Below are positions 56,927 through 64,000 of a stretch of 64,000 nt of DNA, piece by piece; within the stretch, counting starts at the first letter, position 1; each line of letters starts with the position of its first letter. The translations under genes and the position numbers were made by a program. Origin of the DNA: a virus (Duplodnaviria; Caudoviricetes); IMG/VR virus record IMGVR_UViG_3300032288_002134, positions 872 to 64,871 of that record. One strand, written 5' to 3'. Under the pieces are notes generated by a model. It worked only from the letters and a program-made list of their open reading frames with translations. It did no database searches and was not told the origin of the DNA.

Positions 56927-57562
56927 TTAAAAATTTAGAGCTTTAGAAATGTTTGGAAACTTTTCTGTGAATATATTTTTTATCTCATCGGCTATCTCTC
57001 GGTGTTCAAGTTGGGTATGTTCATCGCATCTGATTTGCAAGTAGTGTATCCAACTTCTGACAGAGCCTTTCATGTACAGCGTGGTCTGAGTTGCCAATGG
57101 CAGAATCATCCTGGCGCATTCTCTTGCTATGTCATTGTCAATCATTGCATTGTATAACTCTTGTGCTTGTGCTATCAGGCTCTCAATCTTTTGTCCGAAG
57201 TATAGTTGGTCTTCCAGATCTGCGAGATTCTCGGATGACTGTCTGTTGGTTTTACCTTTGTATCTCAGATTGATTGATTCAATACCTGTGGCTTTAGAAT
57301 AACGCTGTGAGAACTCTTGGAAGGAGAACGACCGGTGTCTAAGAATCTGTTGCGCTATCGCCCTGCTTGTGACTATCTCAACGGTCATATCAACCATCTC
57401 AAAGGGAGACCAATGTTTGTTTTTAATGAGGTAGCTGATTAGTCTGTCGGATGTTTCTGTGTTGTGTTGGTTTTCCGGATTGCTCACCCTTGCTGTATAG
57501 ACAATAAGTTGTTCCGGAGTCATATTCGCTGCCTGTGTGAGGCTTATGAGCTTTGCTTTCAT
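56927..57562 (-). CDS. thyX: FAD-dependent thymidylate synthase
   Basis: HWSPFE, RHRSFSFQEFSQRY, ECARMILP. Confidence 0.95.
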   Translation of the reverse strand: MKAKLISLTQAANMTPEQLIVYTARVSNPENQHNTETSDRLISYLIKNKHWSPFEMVDMTVEIVTSRAIAQQILRHRSFSFQEFSQRYSKATGIESINLRYKGKTNRQSSENLADLEDQLYFGQKIESLIAQAQELYNAMIDNDIARECARMILPLATQTTLYMKGSVRSWIHYLQIRCDEHTQLEHREIADEIKNIFTEKFPNISKALNF

Positions 57563-57798
57563 ATTAAAATTTTATCTAAGTTAATGTTTTTGTTTTCAAG
57601 GATACCATAGAACTCTTCAAATACCTTATCAAGTAGTTCGTGACTATCCATCTGTTTGTGGTCTAATTGGTTTTCAATTTGCTTCCTGATGCTTCGTATC
57701 TCCCATAAGGCTAAAGCCATGTCAAGTGCTTGGACACATCTCATGTGCGCTACAGAGTCATCGAAGTCATCAAGGTTAAATTCTAATATTGCTTTCAT
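57559..57798 (-). CDS. hypothetical protein
   Basis: MKAILEFNL ORF coupled to thyX. Confidence 0.7.
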   Translation of the reverse strand: MKAILEFNLDDFDDSVAHMRCVQALDMALALWEIRSIRKQIENQLDHKQMDSHELLDKVFEEFYGILENKNINLDKILI

Positions 57799-57846
57799 AT
57801 CGTTTTGTTGATGTTACCATTTCGTTGATGTCAACGCTACGGTTGT

Positions 57847-58086
57847 TTATAAATCTTTGTTTAGTTCGTTGTACACTTCAAACCACCAATCAAAGGTAGA
57901 GTTAAGTTCGGTGTTGAATGGATTTGAATGTGGATTACCGGATAAGACAGTTCTAACTGTTAACCTTGCTGCTTTAATTGCAATCAAAGTGCATAGAATC
58001 TCATTTCCGCAATCGGTATCTTCATCCTGGAGCAGGTTTTTAAACTCTGCTATTAGTTGTTCTGCTTTTTCTTTCGGATTAATCAT
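57847..58086 (-). CDS. hypothetical protein (MINPKEKAEQL...)
   Basis: Start trimmed to the ATG overlapping the upstream stop. Confidence 0.65.
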   Translation of the reverse strand: MINPKEKAEQLIAEFKNLLQDEDTDCGNEILCTLIAIKAARLTVRTVLSGNPHSNPFNTELNSTFDWWFEVYNELNKDL

Positions 58087-58288
58087 AATATTTTTTAAAA
58101 GTTGTGTTATAATAATCTTCGTATGATTTATATTTTTCCCAAAAATCATCTTGCCTAGCAATTCTTGTAGCATCTATTATCTGCTCTTTCTCCATTTTTA
58201 TGACTTTTTCTATTAGCCATGGAGGTAACTGGAATTTAAGTGAAGACCATTCTTCAATTAACCATTCTACTGCTGTTAGTTTTTCCAT
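58079..58288 (-). CDS. hypothetical protein (TAVEWL type)
   Basis: TAVEWL...MEKEQIIDA...YYNTTF. Confidence 0.7.
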   Translation of the reverse strand: MEKLTAVEWLIEEWSSLKFQLPPWLIEKVIKMEKEQIIDATRIARQDDFWEKYKSYEDYYNTTFKKYYD

Positions 58289-58338
58289 GTTATTTGTTTT
58301 AAGTTATCAGGGGGACATTGATGTCCCTCTGTGAAAAA

Positions 58339-58422
58339 TAGTCAGGACAGGATTCGAACCTGCATCCCCATACTATTGGGTAAACGGATTTGCACCGTAT
58401 GTTAACTTTACACTACCTGACT
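58339..58422 (-). tRNA. atypical tRNA or tRNA-like RNA, possibly Leu(CAA)
   Basis: AGTCAGG/CCTGACT acceptor, GCAGG-TTCGAAT-CCTGT T-arm, ACGG-TGCAAAT-CCGT arm, long variable arm; no CCA, non-canonical D-loop. Confidence 0.5.
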
Positions 58423-58495
58423 TTACCGTTCCTGCCTACTTTATGTACATACGGTAAAAGATGCATCCTCATAACCTTCGGGCAGGTAAGTTATT

Positions 58496-58547
58496 AGTTA
58501 GGACATAATTTGAACATCTATTGCCCATGCCATTCCGCCACCTGACA
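58496..58547 (-). pseudogene. degenerate copy of the tRNA-like element
   Basis: TGTCAGG-TGGCGGAATGG...GTTCAAAT..TGTCCTAACT; central arms missing. Confidence 0.4.
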
Positions 58548-58584
58548 TAAAAAATATCCGCCATAACGTGAGGTTTAGCGATTA

Positions 58585-58878
58585 GTTAGCGGTAATGCGC
58601 CTAACCATGTATAGGTTTATTACAAGTTGCGCAAATATACTTACCATTCATTTCATAACATTGTGAAGTAGTACAGGCGCACATACCGCTAACAAGCGGT
58701 TGGCGCAATGCTACTTCACGGTACTTTGACAATGCTTGGCAAAAAGCCCAGTGTTCTCTTTGAAGGTCTTTGTCCTCTAAACAAACCTCAATCTTGTTTT
58801 CAAGCCATTTTATATATTCTTCCATTCTATTGATATTTAGTTGTTAATAATACGCACTTCGCCAACCGCCCATCCGTT
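58585..58878 (+). mobile_element. integron-like gene cassette 2 (attC-like site 58677-58878)
   Basis: GTTAGCGGTAATGCGC start complements GCGCACATACCGCTAAC; arms GCGGTTGGCG/CGCCAACCGC; ends at GTT. Confidence 0.65.
58601..58825 (-). CDS. small zinc-ribbon protein in cassette 2
   Basis: CAC...C...CATC at the C-terminus. Confidence 0.6.
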   Translation of the reverse strand: MEEYIKWLENKIEVCLEDKDLQREHWAFCQALSKYREVALRQPLVSGMCACTTSQCYEMNGKYICATCNKPIHG

Positions 58879-58978
58879 ATAAAAAAAGGCTGATGTCGTA
58901 ATTACAGATGCTATCCATAAATACAGCGAATTAAAGAAACATCATTTTCGCCACACCTTTTATCCTATTATGGTACGG

Positions 58979-59410
58979 TTAAATATCTTTCGCCACCTTC
59001 ACTATGTGCTGCCAGTACATACAAGATTCACCGTATCCTCTGAGCTTCGCCCATTCTTCATATGGCTTGTAACATACTGATTTATAGTGGTAGTACAAGA
59101 ACTTTGCATGGTCTATATATCCCTCTATGACCGTACTGTATTTCCTCCATTCCACTCCGGCTCTATCAGTAAAGCATTCGCCTCTGAATGCCTCCGGAAA
59201 GTATCTGATACCAAAATGATTGTTACTATGTGCTGAGATATATGACTTACCACCACCGGATTCGACCAATGCCTGCGCTAATTGTATGGAGGTCGGTACT
59301 CCATACACATACTCACAAACCTTTGCTATTGGGTAGTATTTGATAGTGTACTCTTCCTGACTTTTTGGTGTAAGGAAAAGCACCAAAGCGATTTTATAAA
59401 ATATTGTCAT
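58979..59410 (-). CDS. GH73 glucosaminidase/FlgJ-like hydrolase (divergent)
   Basis: SIQLAQALVESGGG...NNHFGIR; hydrophobic N-terminus. Confidence 0.75.
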   Translation of the reverse strand: MTIFYKIALVLFLTPKSQEEYTIKYYPIAKVCEYVYGVPTSIQLAQALVESGGGKSYISAHSNNHFGIRYFPEAFRGECFTDRAGVEWRKYSTVIEGYIDHAKFLYYHYKSVCYKPYEEWAKLRGYGESCMYWQHIVKVAKDI

Positions 59411-60048
59411 AGTTCAAATAAACTTTTTTGATTTGAGATTTTGCTATTGTGAATACCTCTTGCGGTATTATAGATAGTCAATCCCACCTCATAGTCAACT
59501 AAATTTCTTGCAATCTTATCTATCCTTTGTTCTCCTTTGTATTTCTTGAAGTCAACACCATGAAATTCACAGAGTCTATTCACCTCATCTTTCCCTTCGA
59601 TGATACCACTCTCTCTTTCACCTAAGTTACTTGGCAGGTTAAAGTTAGTCCAATAAAGATGTCTTCCTCTTTTCTTTGCCGGTATCAATGGGTCATAGTA
59701 TGGTATCACATTCTCAACAACCCATTTACCATTAAACCAATTGTCTAAGAATATAACTTCTTGGTATAGTGTCATGTCCGGATATTCCGGAGTAGTAGTA
59801 TCTTTTCTTGCAAACCTTGATCTGGAATGGGTAGGGCATGGAGGACTGCTCCAAATGAAATCAAAATCCTTATAGTTTTCAAGCAGGTATTGATGTGCAT
59901 CACCCATCACCACCCTATCGTCAGGAAATCTTTCTTGATACATCTTTACTAACTCAGGGTCTATCTCTACGGCAGTCACCTCGCAGTCTGTCCAAAGTAA
60001 TCTGTTGCCACCCAAACAAGCATAAAGGTTTAAAACTTTATAACTCAT
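59407..60048 (-). CDS. C5 cytosine DNA methyltransferase
   Basis: LYACLGG, SPPCPTHS, ENV; start trimmed to MSYKVLN. Confidence 0.85.
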   Translation of the reverse strand: MSYKVLNLYACLGGNRLLWTDCEVTAVEIDPELVKMYQERFPDDRVVMGDAHQYLLENYKDFDFIWSSPPCPTHSRSRFARKDTTTPEYPDMTLYQEVIFLDNWFNGKWVVENVIPYYDPLIPAKKRGRHLYWTNFNLPSNLGERESGIIEGKDEVNRLCEFHGVDFKKYKGEQRIDKIARNLVDYEVGLTIYNTARGIHNSKISNQKSLFEL

Positions 60049-60052
60049 AGTG

Positions 60053-60352
60053 TTAAGGATTATATTTGTCAGATAAAGCATTTACCATAGCTGAGTGACA
60101 ATCTTCTGCGTTAGCATAATAGCAATTACCCAACCTGCTGTCAATCACCATCTCATTCCCTTCCTCTATGTGAAAGCACCATCTCCCATCGGGTATGTTT
60201 ATCAACTCAATGGTCAACAACCTTTCAAGAAATCTTGCCTTTACATAGTACGCTGTATTACCATCAAGTCCTTCATGGTATTTGTAGTATTTAAAAGCCT
60301 TCACATTCAATGGAGTCTTAGACACATTTTTTGGCTTATAGAACTTCAGCAT
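60053..60352 (-). CDS. hypothetical protein
   Basis: 99-aa ORF. Confidence 0.65.
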   Translation of the reverse strand: MLKFYKPKNVSKTPLNVKAFKYYKYHEGLDGNTAYYVKARFLERLLTIELINIPDGRWCFHIEEGNEMVIDSRLGNCYYANAEDCHSAMVNALSDKYNP

Positions 60353-60354
60353 AG

Positions 60355-61086
60355 CTATAATCTTTCAAAGATGAAATAATTAGCAATGTCATCTTTAGGA
60401 CTCTCCCCAAAGTACTTTCGGTACATCTCAATGGCTTTGCCTACCTTACGCTCACCCGATTGGATGAACTCTACCGTAGGCTCAAAGATACCAAGTTGCG
60501 CAGTGACCTTGTCAATCACCAGGAACACCAGAGGCTTACCGAAAAGTTGTTGGTAGACGTAGCATTGGCTGTCGTAGTTATAATTTCGTGCAGACCATTT
60601 GAATTTGTTGATGTCGCTTGTAGTTTTTAGGTCTATCAAACTATCATCGCAAACGATGTCCGCTTTGCCTTTCCACATCTCCCCTTGTATCTCTCCATAT
60701 GCAGGCTGTTCAAATACATTCCCATCTCTGAAAATCATATCGTAAAAAGTGATGTTGGCTTTCATCACCCCGACTAACTTCTCTATATCCTCCATCTCTT
60801 TCTTTAGCAGGCAGAAGTCTATATTATTGATCTCGCAGAAGGATTTGTATTCCTTGGTAGTTCTTGTGCTGACATCACAGTAAAGCATCTGAGATGCCTT
60901 CTCAGGCTCTAATATCAGCTGATGGAAGTATCTCCCCTCGGCAAAGGATTTGTTGTCCTCTCTGACTTTGCCGAAGTCCTGTGGGTTATTCAGCAGGACT
61001 CCGACATCAGAGTTAGACAAAAACTTTTTACCTATGCCAGAGTAATACTCAGCATCATTCTTTAAAAGTTCTATTGTCTTATCCAT
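60355..61086 (-). CDS. PD-(D/E)xK exonuclease (RecE/exonuclease VIII-like)
   Basis: LSNS, KGKAD...IDLKTT, YDSQCYVY. Confidence 0.8.
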   Translation of the reverse strand: MDKTIELLKNDAEYYSGIGKKFLSNSDVGVLLNNPQDFGKVREDNKSFAEGRYFHQLILEPEKASQMLYCDVSTRTTKEYKSFCEINNIDFCLLKKEMEDIEKLVGVMKANITFYDMIFRDGNVFEQPAYGEIQGEMWKGKADIVCDDSLIDLKTTSDINKFKWSARNYNYDSQCYVYQQLFGKPLVFLVIDKVTAQLGIFEPTVEFIQSGERKVGKAIEMYRKYFGESPKDDIANYFIFERL

Positions 61087-61717
61087 TGCTTACGATTTTA
61101 GCGATTTCGCTTTTAATGTCAGCGGAAATAGTGTACTTACGGCTTAGTTGCTGAAGGATTTTCTCTATGCCTAACGACTTATTGTCGGCAACATATTTAG
61201 ATACCTTTGTCCAATTGTCAGAGCCTTTGACTAACTCAGATACCTCATCAACAGAAGCAGTCTTCTTCTGTACCGGAGCAACCTCACCTTCCGGTAAGTC
61301 CTCACCAGAGTAGATGTAGATACCCAATCCGAACATTGCCAAGTTCTTCACCAAGCAGCGCATAATGGTCTTGTTGATATCGAACATAGTAGCAGCCTCA
61401 ACGGTCTTGTTGCCGTACTTGGTGGCATACTCATAGTCTTCAGACTTCATAGCTTTATTTGCCCCATCCATCACCGGCAGCCACATGGTATGCGACTTGT
61501 CTCCGATAGTCACCTTGGTGAATACCATATACCCAGTGATTGGGTCATAGACATAAGGGTAGCCATGGAAGAACAACACCTCGTAGCTTGCATCGGGATA
61601 GTGTTTCATTACCTCTGACCAAGCATAAGTCCACGATAGGTAGGTAAGGTCTTTTTTCTTCTCAGTCTTGTCGTTGAGATTGATAGCCGAGAGTGTTTGG
61701 AATACATTGTGTGTCAT
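61079..61717 (-). CDS. Sak/Rad52-like single-strand annealing protein (DUF1071)
   Basis: LTYLSWTYAW, MWLPVMD, INKTIMRCLVKNLAMFGLGIYIYSGEDLP. Confidence 0.88.
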   Translation of the reverse strand: MTHNVFQTLSAINLNDKTEKKKDLTYLSWTYAWSEVMKHYPDASYEVLFFHGYPYVYDPITGYMVFTKVTIGDKSHTMWLPVMDGANKAMKSEDYEYATKYGNKTVEAATMFDINKTIMRCLVKNLAMFGLGIYIYSGEDLPEGEVAPVQKKTASVDEVSELVKGSDNWTKVSKYVADNKSLGIEKILQQLSRKYTISADIKSEIAKIVSNG

Positions 61718-61736
61718 GGTGTTAAAAATTTAATGG

Positions 61737-62051
61737 TTAAATAAATGTTGAATCTTCAATACGTTTCATTACTTTAAAGTAGTCATCATCGGAATCAACC
61801 AGTGCTTGCGCTCTCTTGACTCCTTTCTGTATGTTAGCCATATGGATATTGAATCCATGCTTCTGACCTGCCAATACCATCATCTCTCTGATTGCAGAGA
61901 CTCTCATCTGTCTCTTACTGCACATATAGTACAGCAGTTGTTTGGCATCCACTATACTTCTGTTCTTAGTGGAGCTAAAGAAGTCCTTCTCTTCAATCCT
62001 AAATACCTTTAGGATGTCTGCGAGGTACTTATCGAATATTTTGTGTTTCAT
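61737..62051 (-). CDS. DnaA domain-IV-like HTH protein
   Basis: FRIEEKDFFSSTKNRSIVDAKQLLYY resembles the DnaA C-terminal domain. Confidence 0.55.
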   Translation of the reverse strand: MKHKIFDKYLADILKVFRIEEKDFFSSTKNRSIVDAKQLLYYMCSKRQMRVSAIREMMVLAGQKHGFNIHMANIQKGVKRAQALVDSDDDYFKVMKRIEDSTFI

Positions 62052-62095
62052 TTAGTAGTTCTTTTAATGATTAAACGATGCGTAAATATAATAAT

Positions 62096-62311
62096 TTATT
62101 TGTATTCTTCTATATTTTCTCTAATAAAATCTTTGATAATAAATATCAATAACTTTGTTGTCATGAATATAGAGCCGAACACAAACAGATACATTAGAAA
62201 GCATTCTTTTGCTTTGATAAACTCAAACGAATTGATAATCAAGAATATATACAATGCTAAAAGCATTATGATCTGGAATATACCAAGGATTATATCTATT
62301 ACTCTTCTCAT
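62096..62311 (-). CDS. two-TM membrane protein
   Basis: Two hydrophobic helices. Confidence 0.55.
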   Translation of the reverse strand: MRRVIDIILGIFQIIMLLALYIFLIINSFEFIKAKECFLMYLFVFGSIFMTTKLLIFIIKDFIRENIEEYK

Positions 62312-62323
62312 GTTATTGGTTTA

Positions 62324-62875
62324 TTAGTTATCGAATCTGTTTAGTTTATATCTCTCTATGACTGAGATAAGAATCTTATCATAGCTTTTGTTGGTGGCAT
62401 AGCCACACTTCTTCAGACCTCTTGCCCATCCTTTGTAGTCATCGCACCGGAGCTTGAACAAGTGGTTGTATCTCTCATTCATCAGTAGCTTTGAATGGTC
62501 TCTGAACGAATACCATGCAGTCTTATACACCACAAACTTATCTTTAGGACTATCGTCATGGTAGATGGCATACTTTTCTTTTCTGCCTTTCCTCCATTTC
62601 ATACCAAAATGATTGTTACATTTGACCGACAGCGAACTTGTACCGGAATTTGACTCTACTATACCCTGCGCCAGGGTTATGCTTGCAGGGATACCATACA
62701 GACTCTGCTCTGTCAGTGCAGTCTTTAGGTACTTGTCCACATAGGCTTGAACCTTATCCACTTTCTTGAGTGTAGACTTCTGTTTGTTGTATGACTCAGT
62801 TGCAATGGGGTATTTTCTACCCCTTGCAAAACTGAAACAAACCAATAGACATATAACAAAAAATATTATTCTCAT
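62324..62875 (-). CDS. GH73 glucosaminidase/FlgJ-like hydrolase with signal peptide
   Basis: IPASITLAQGIVES, NNHFGMK, GYATNKSY. Confidence 0.88.
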   Translation of the reverse strand: MRIIFFVICLLVCFSFARGRKYPIATESYNKQKSTLKKVDKVQAYVDKYLKTALTEQSLYGIPASITLAQGIVESNSGTSSLSVKCNNHFGMKWRKGRKEKYAIYHDDSPKDKFVVYKTAWYSFRDHSKLLMNERYNHLFKLRCDDYKGWARGLKKCGYATNKSYDKILISVIERYKLNRFDN

Positions 62876-63072
62876 ACCAATTCGTTTTTAGATTCGTGAA
62901 TGCTATTCTCTGAATACCAACCTATTAACCCATCAATCTTGTACAGAAACTTGTACGACTCTGTGAACTTGATGTCTGTAATGGTGGTGGTGATTGGCTT
63001 TGCAATACCAGTGCTGAAGGTTACAACATCACCGATGTTGAACTTACTTTCAAACTTGATTATGGTTGTCAT
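62872..63072 (-). CDS. small SH3-like protein
   Basis: SKFNIGDVV motif. Confidence 0.6.
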   Translation of the reverse strand: MTTIIKFESKFNIGDVVTFSTGIAKPITTTITDIKFTESYKFLYKIDGLIGWYSENSIHESKNELV

Positions 63073-63073
63073 G

Positions 63074-63175
63074 CTAATGGTTTTTTGGTTCGTTAAAATT
63101 ATTATTGTCTTTCATTATTGCCTTAGTCAGTGCCAAGATGACTATGACAAACATCACACAAAGTATTCCTATCAT
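63074..63175 (-). CDS. small membrane peptide (33 aa)
   Basis: Read by eye: MIGILCVMFVIVILAL; ATGA overlap with the upstream gene. Confidence 0.5.
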   Translation of the reverse strand: MIGILCVMFVIVILALTKAIMKDNNNFNEPKNH

Positions 63176-63648
63176 AGCATCAGATAGGTTGCATCGTCTT
63201 GATAATCATCCATGAAGAGTATCTCTTCTGAGTCATACTCTTCGTCAGCATTGGCATCCTGCATGATGTTAACACAGATGTCCTTTGGTATGTATCCACA
63301 ATTTTTGAACAGGTCGAATGCAGTCAGAGATATCTTTCCGTTCCTTCTCAGATACATCTTTGAATCCTGCATAAGGTCGTAGAATGTATCCATGTCGTTG
63401 AGATACCAATCTATAAACGTAGTGGCTCTCACTACGGCTTTCTTAATAGATTGTGTATGCACCAGAGTGTTTGCCTCAAAGAACTCCTCAGAGACCTCGT
63501 AGACATTTATAATGTTTTTAGTCATCTCTACACATACGACAAACAATTTGTCTATGGTAATGACCTCCGTTCTCTGAACGGCATTGGTGTTGATAGGCAA
63601 TGCAAAGTTATACTCTTTGCCAGAGTGATTGAATTGAATGTGTGTCAT
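63172..63648 (-). CDS. hypothetical protein
   Basis: 158-aa ORF. Confidence 0.7.
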   Translation of the reverse strand: MTHIQFNHSGKEYNFALPINTNAVQRTEVITIDKLFVVCVEMTKNIINVYEVSEEFFEANTLVHTQSIKKAVVRATTFIDWYLNDMDTFYDLMQDSKMYLRRNGKISLTAFDLFKNCGYIPKDICVNIMQDANADEEYDSEEILFMDDYQDDATYLML

Positions 63649-63671
63649 GGTTAAAAAAGATTAAATGATTA

Positions 63672-63779
63672 TTAGATTTTGTTATTACGTTTTTTGAATT
63701 TTCTCTGAGGCTCATTGACTGCTAAAAGCAGACCTGCAATGAGACAAGTTACTGAGATAGACAATAGTAATCCGAGCAT
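63672..63779 (-). CDS. small membrane peptide (35 aa)
   Basis: Read by eye: MLGLLLSISVTCLIAGLLLAV. Confidence 0.5.
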   Translation of the reverse strand: MLGLLLSISVTCLIAGLLLAVNEPQRKFKKRNNKI

Positions 63780-63789
63780 AGTAATCGTT

Positions 63790-63882
63790 TTAATTGTTAA
63801 GTAAAATTATAGTGTATGCGTAGATGCATACAACATACACTATAACCAATATGAAAAATAGTTTTGATAGTATCTTAGTCAT
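63790..63882 (-). CDS. small membrane peptide (30 aa)
   Basis: Read by eye: MTKILSKLFFILVIVYVV. Confidence 0.45.
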   Translation of the reverse strand: MTKILSKLFFILVIVYVVCIYAYTIILLNN

Positions 63883-64000
63883 AACTGAACAGAGGGTACA
63901 TCTCTTTAATCTGAGCATTCGTTCTGGTCACTCTGATAGCATCTTTGTACTGCTCCTTCCATTTGTGATATGCTTTCTCTTGTGATTCCAGATCCACAAA
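63875..64000 (-). CDS. 3' end of a hypothetical gene starting beyond the window
   Basis: Open frame from 64000 to TAA at 63875-63877. Confidence 0.5.
   Translation of the reverse strand, partial: FVDLESQEKAYHKWKEQYKDAIRVTRTNAQIKEMYPLFSYD

Noticed and set aside
6246-62327. Numerous short antisense ORFs within groEL, terL, tail, giant and primase genes
   Set aside because: Shadow frames of well-supported genes, without motifs or start contexts

Overview
The window is most of the genome of a tailed dsDNA phage. The host is probably a Bacteroidota, judged from TAnnTTTG promoters and A-rich, SD-less starts. No integrase, DNA polymerase or RNA polymerase is recognisable. Layout: (1) 1-4229, minus strand, small early-type genes headed by a Gp88-like Cys-motif protein. 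(2) 4230-5438, non-coding divergence region. (3) 5439-50125, plus strand: groEL, a MazG-like / DUF3310 / class II aaRS-paralog trio, groES, small basic proteins, lysis and tail-fibre genes, terminase, portal, capsid, podovirus-type tail genes and cargo proteins including a 3441-aa giant. (4) 50131-64000, minus strand: nucleases, helicase, primase-helicase, SSB, ThyX, Sak-like annealase, two C5 methyltransferases and two GH73 hydrolases. The strongest signals not shown by the ORF track are: a complete pseudoknotted type II hammerhead ribozyme (2141-2203, minus) among other structured intergenic RNAs of the early operon; two reverse-oriented integron-like cassettes with attC-like hairpins, both preceded by the same 15-nt motif; a 48-aa gene overprinted in the +1 frame of the giant gene, plus a slippery-site/hairpin near its start; and a duplicated iteron-like element 50.5 kb apart. 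All family calls come from motifs read by eye; no database searches were run.
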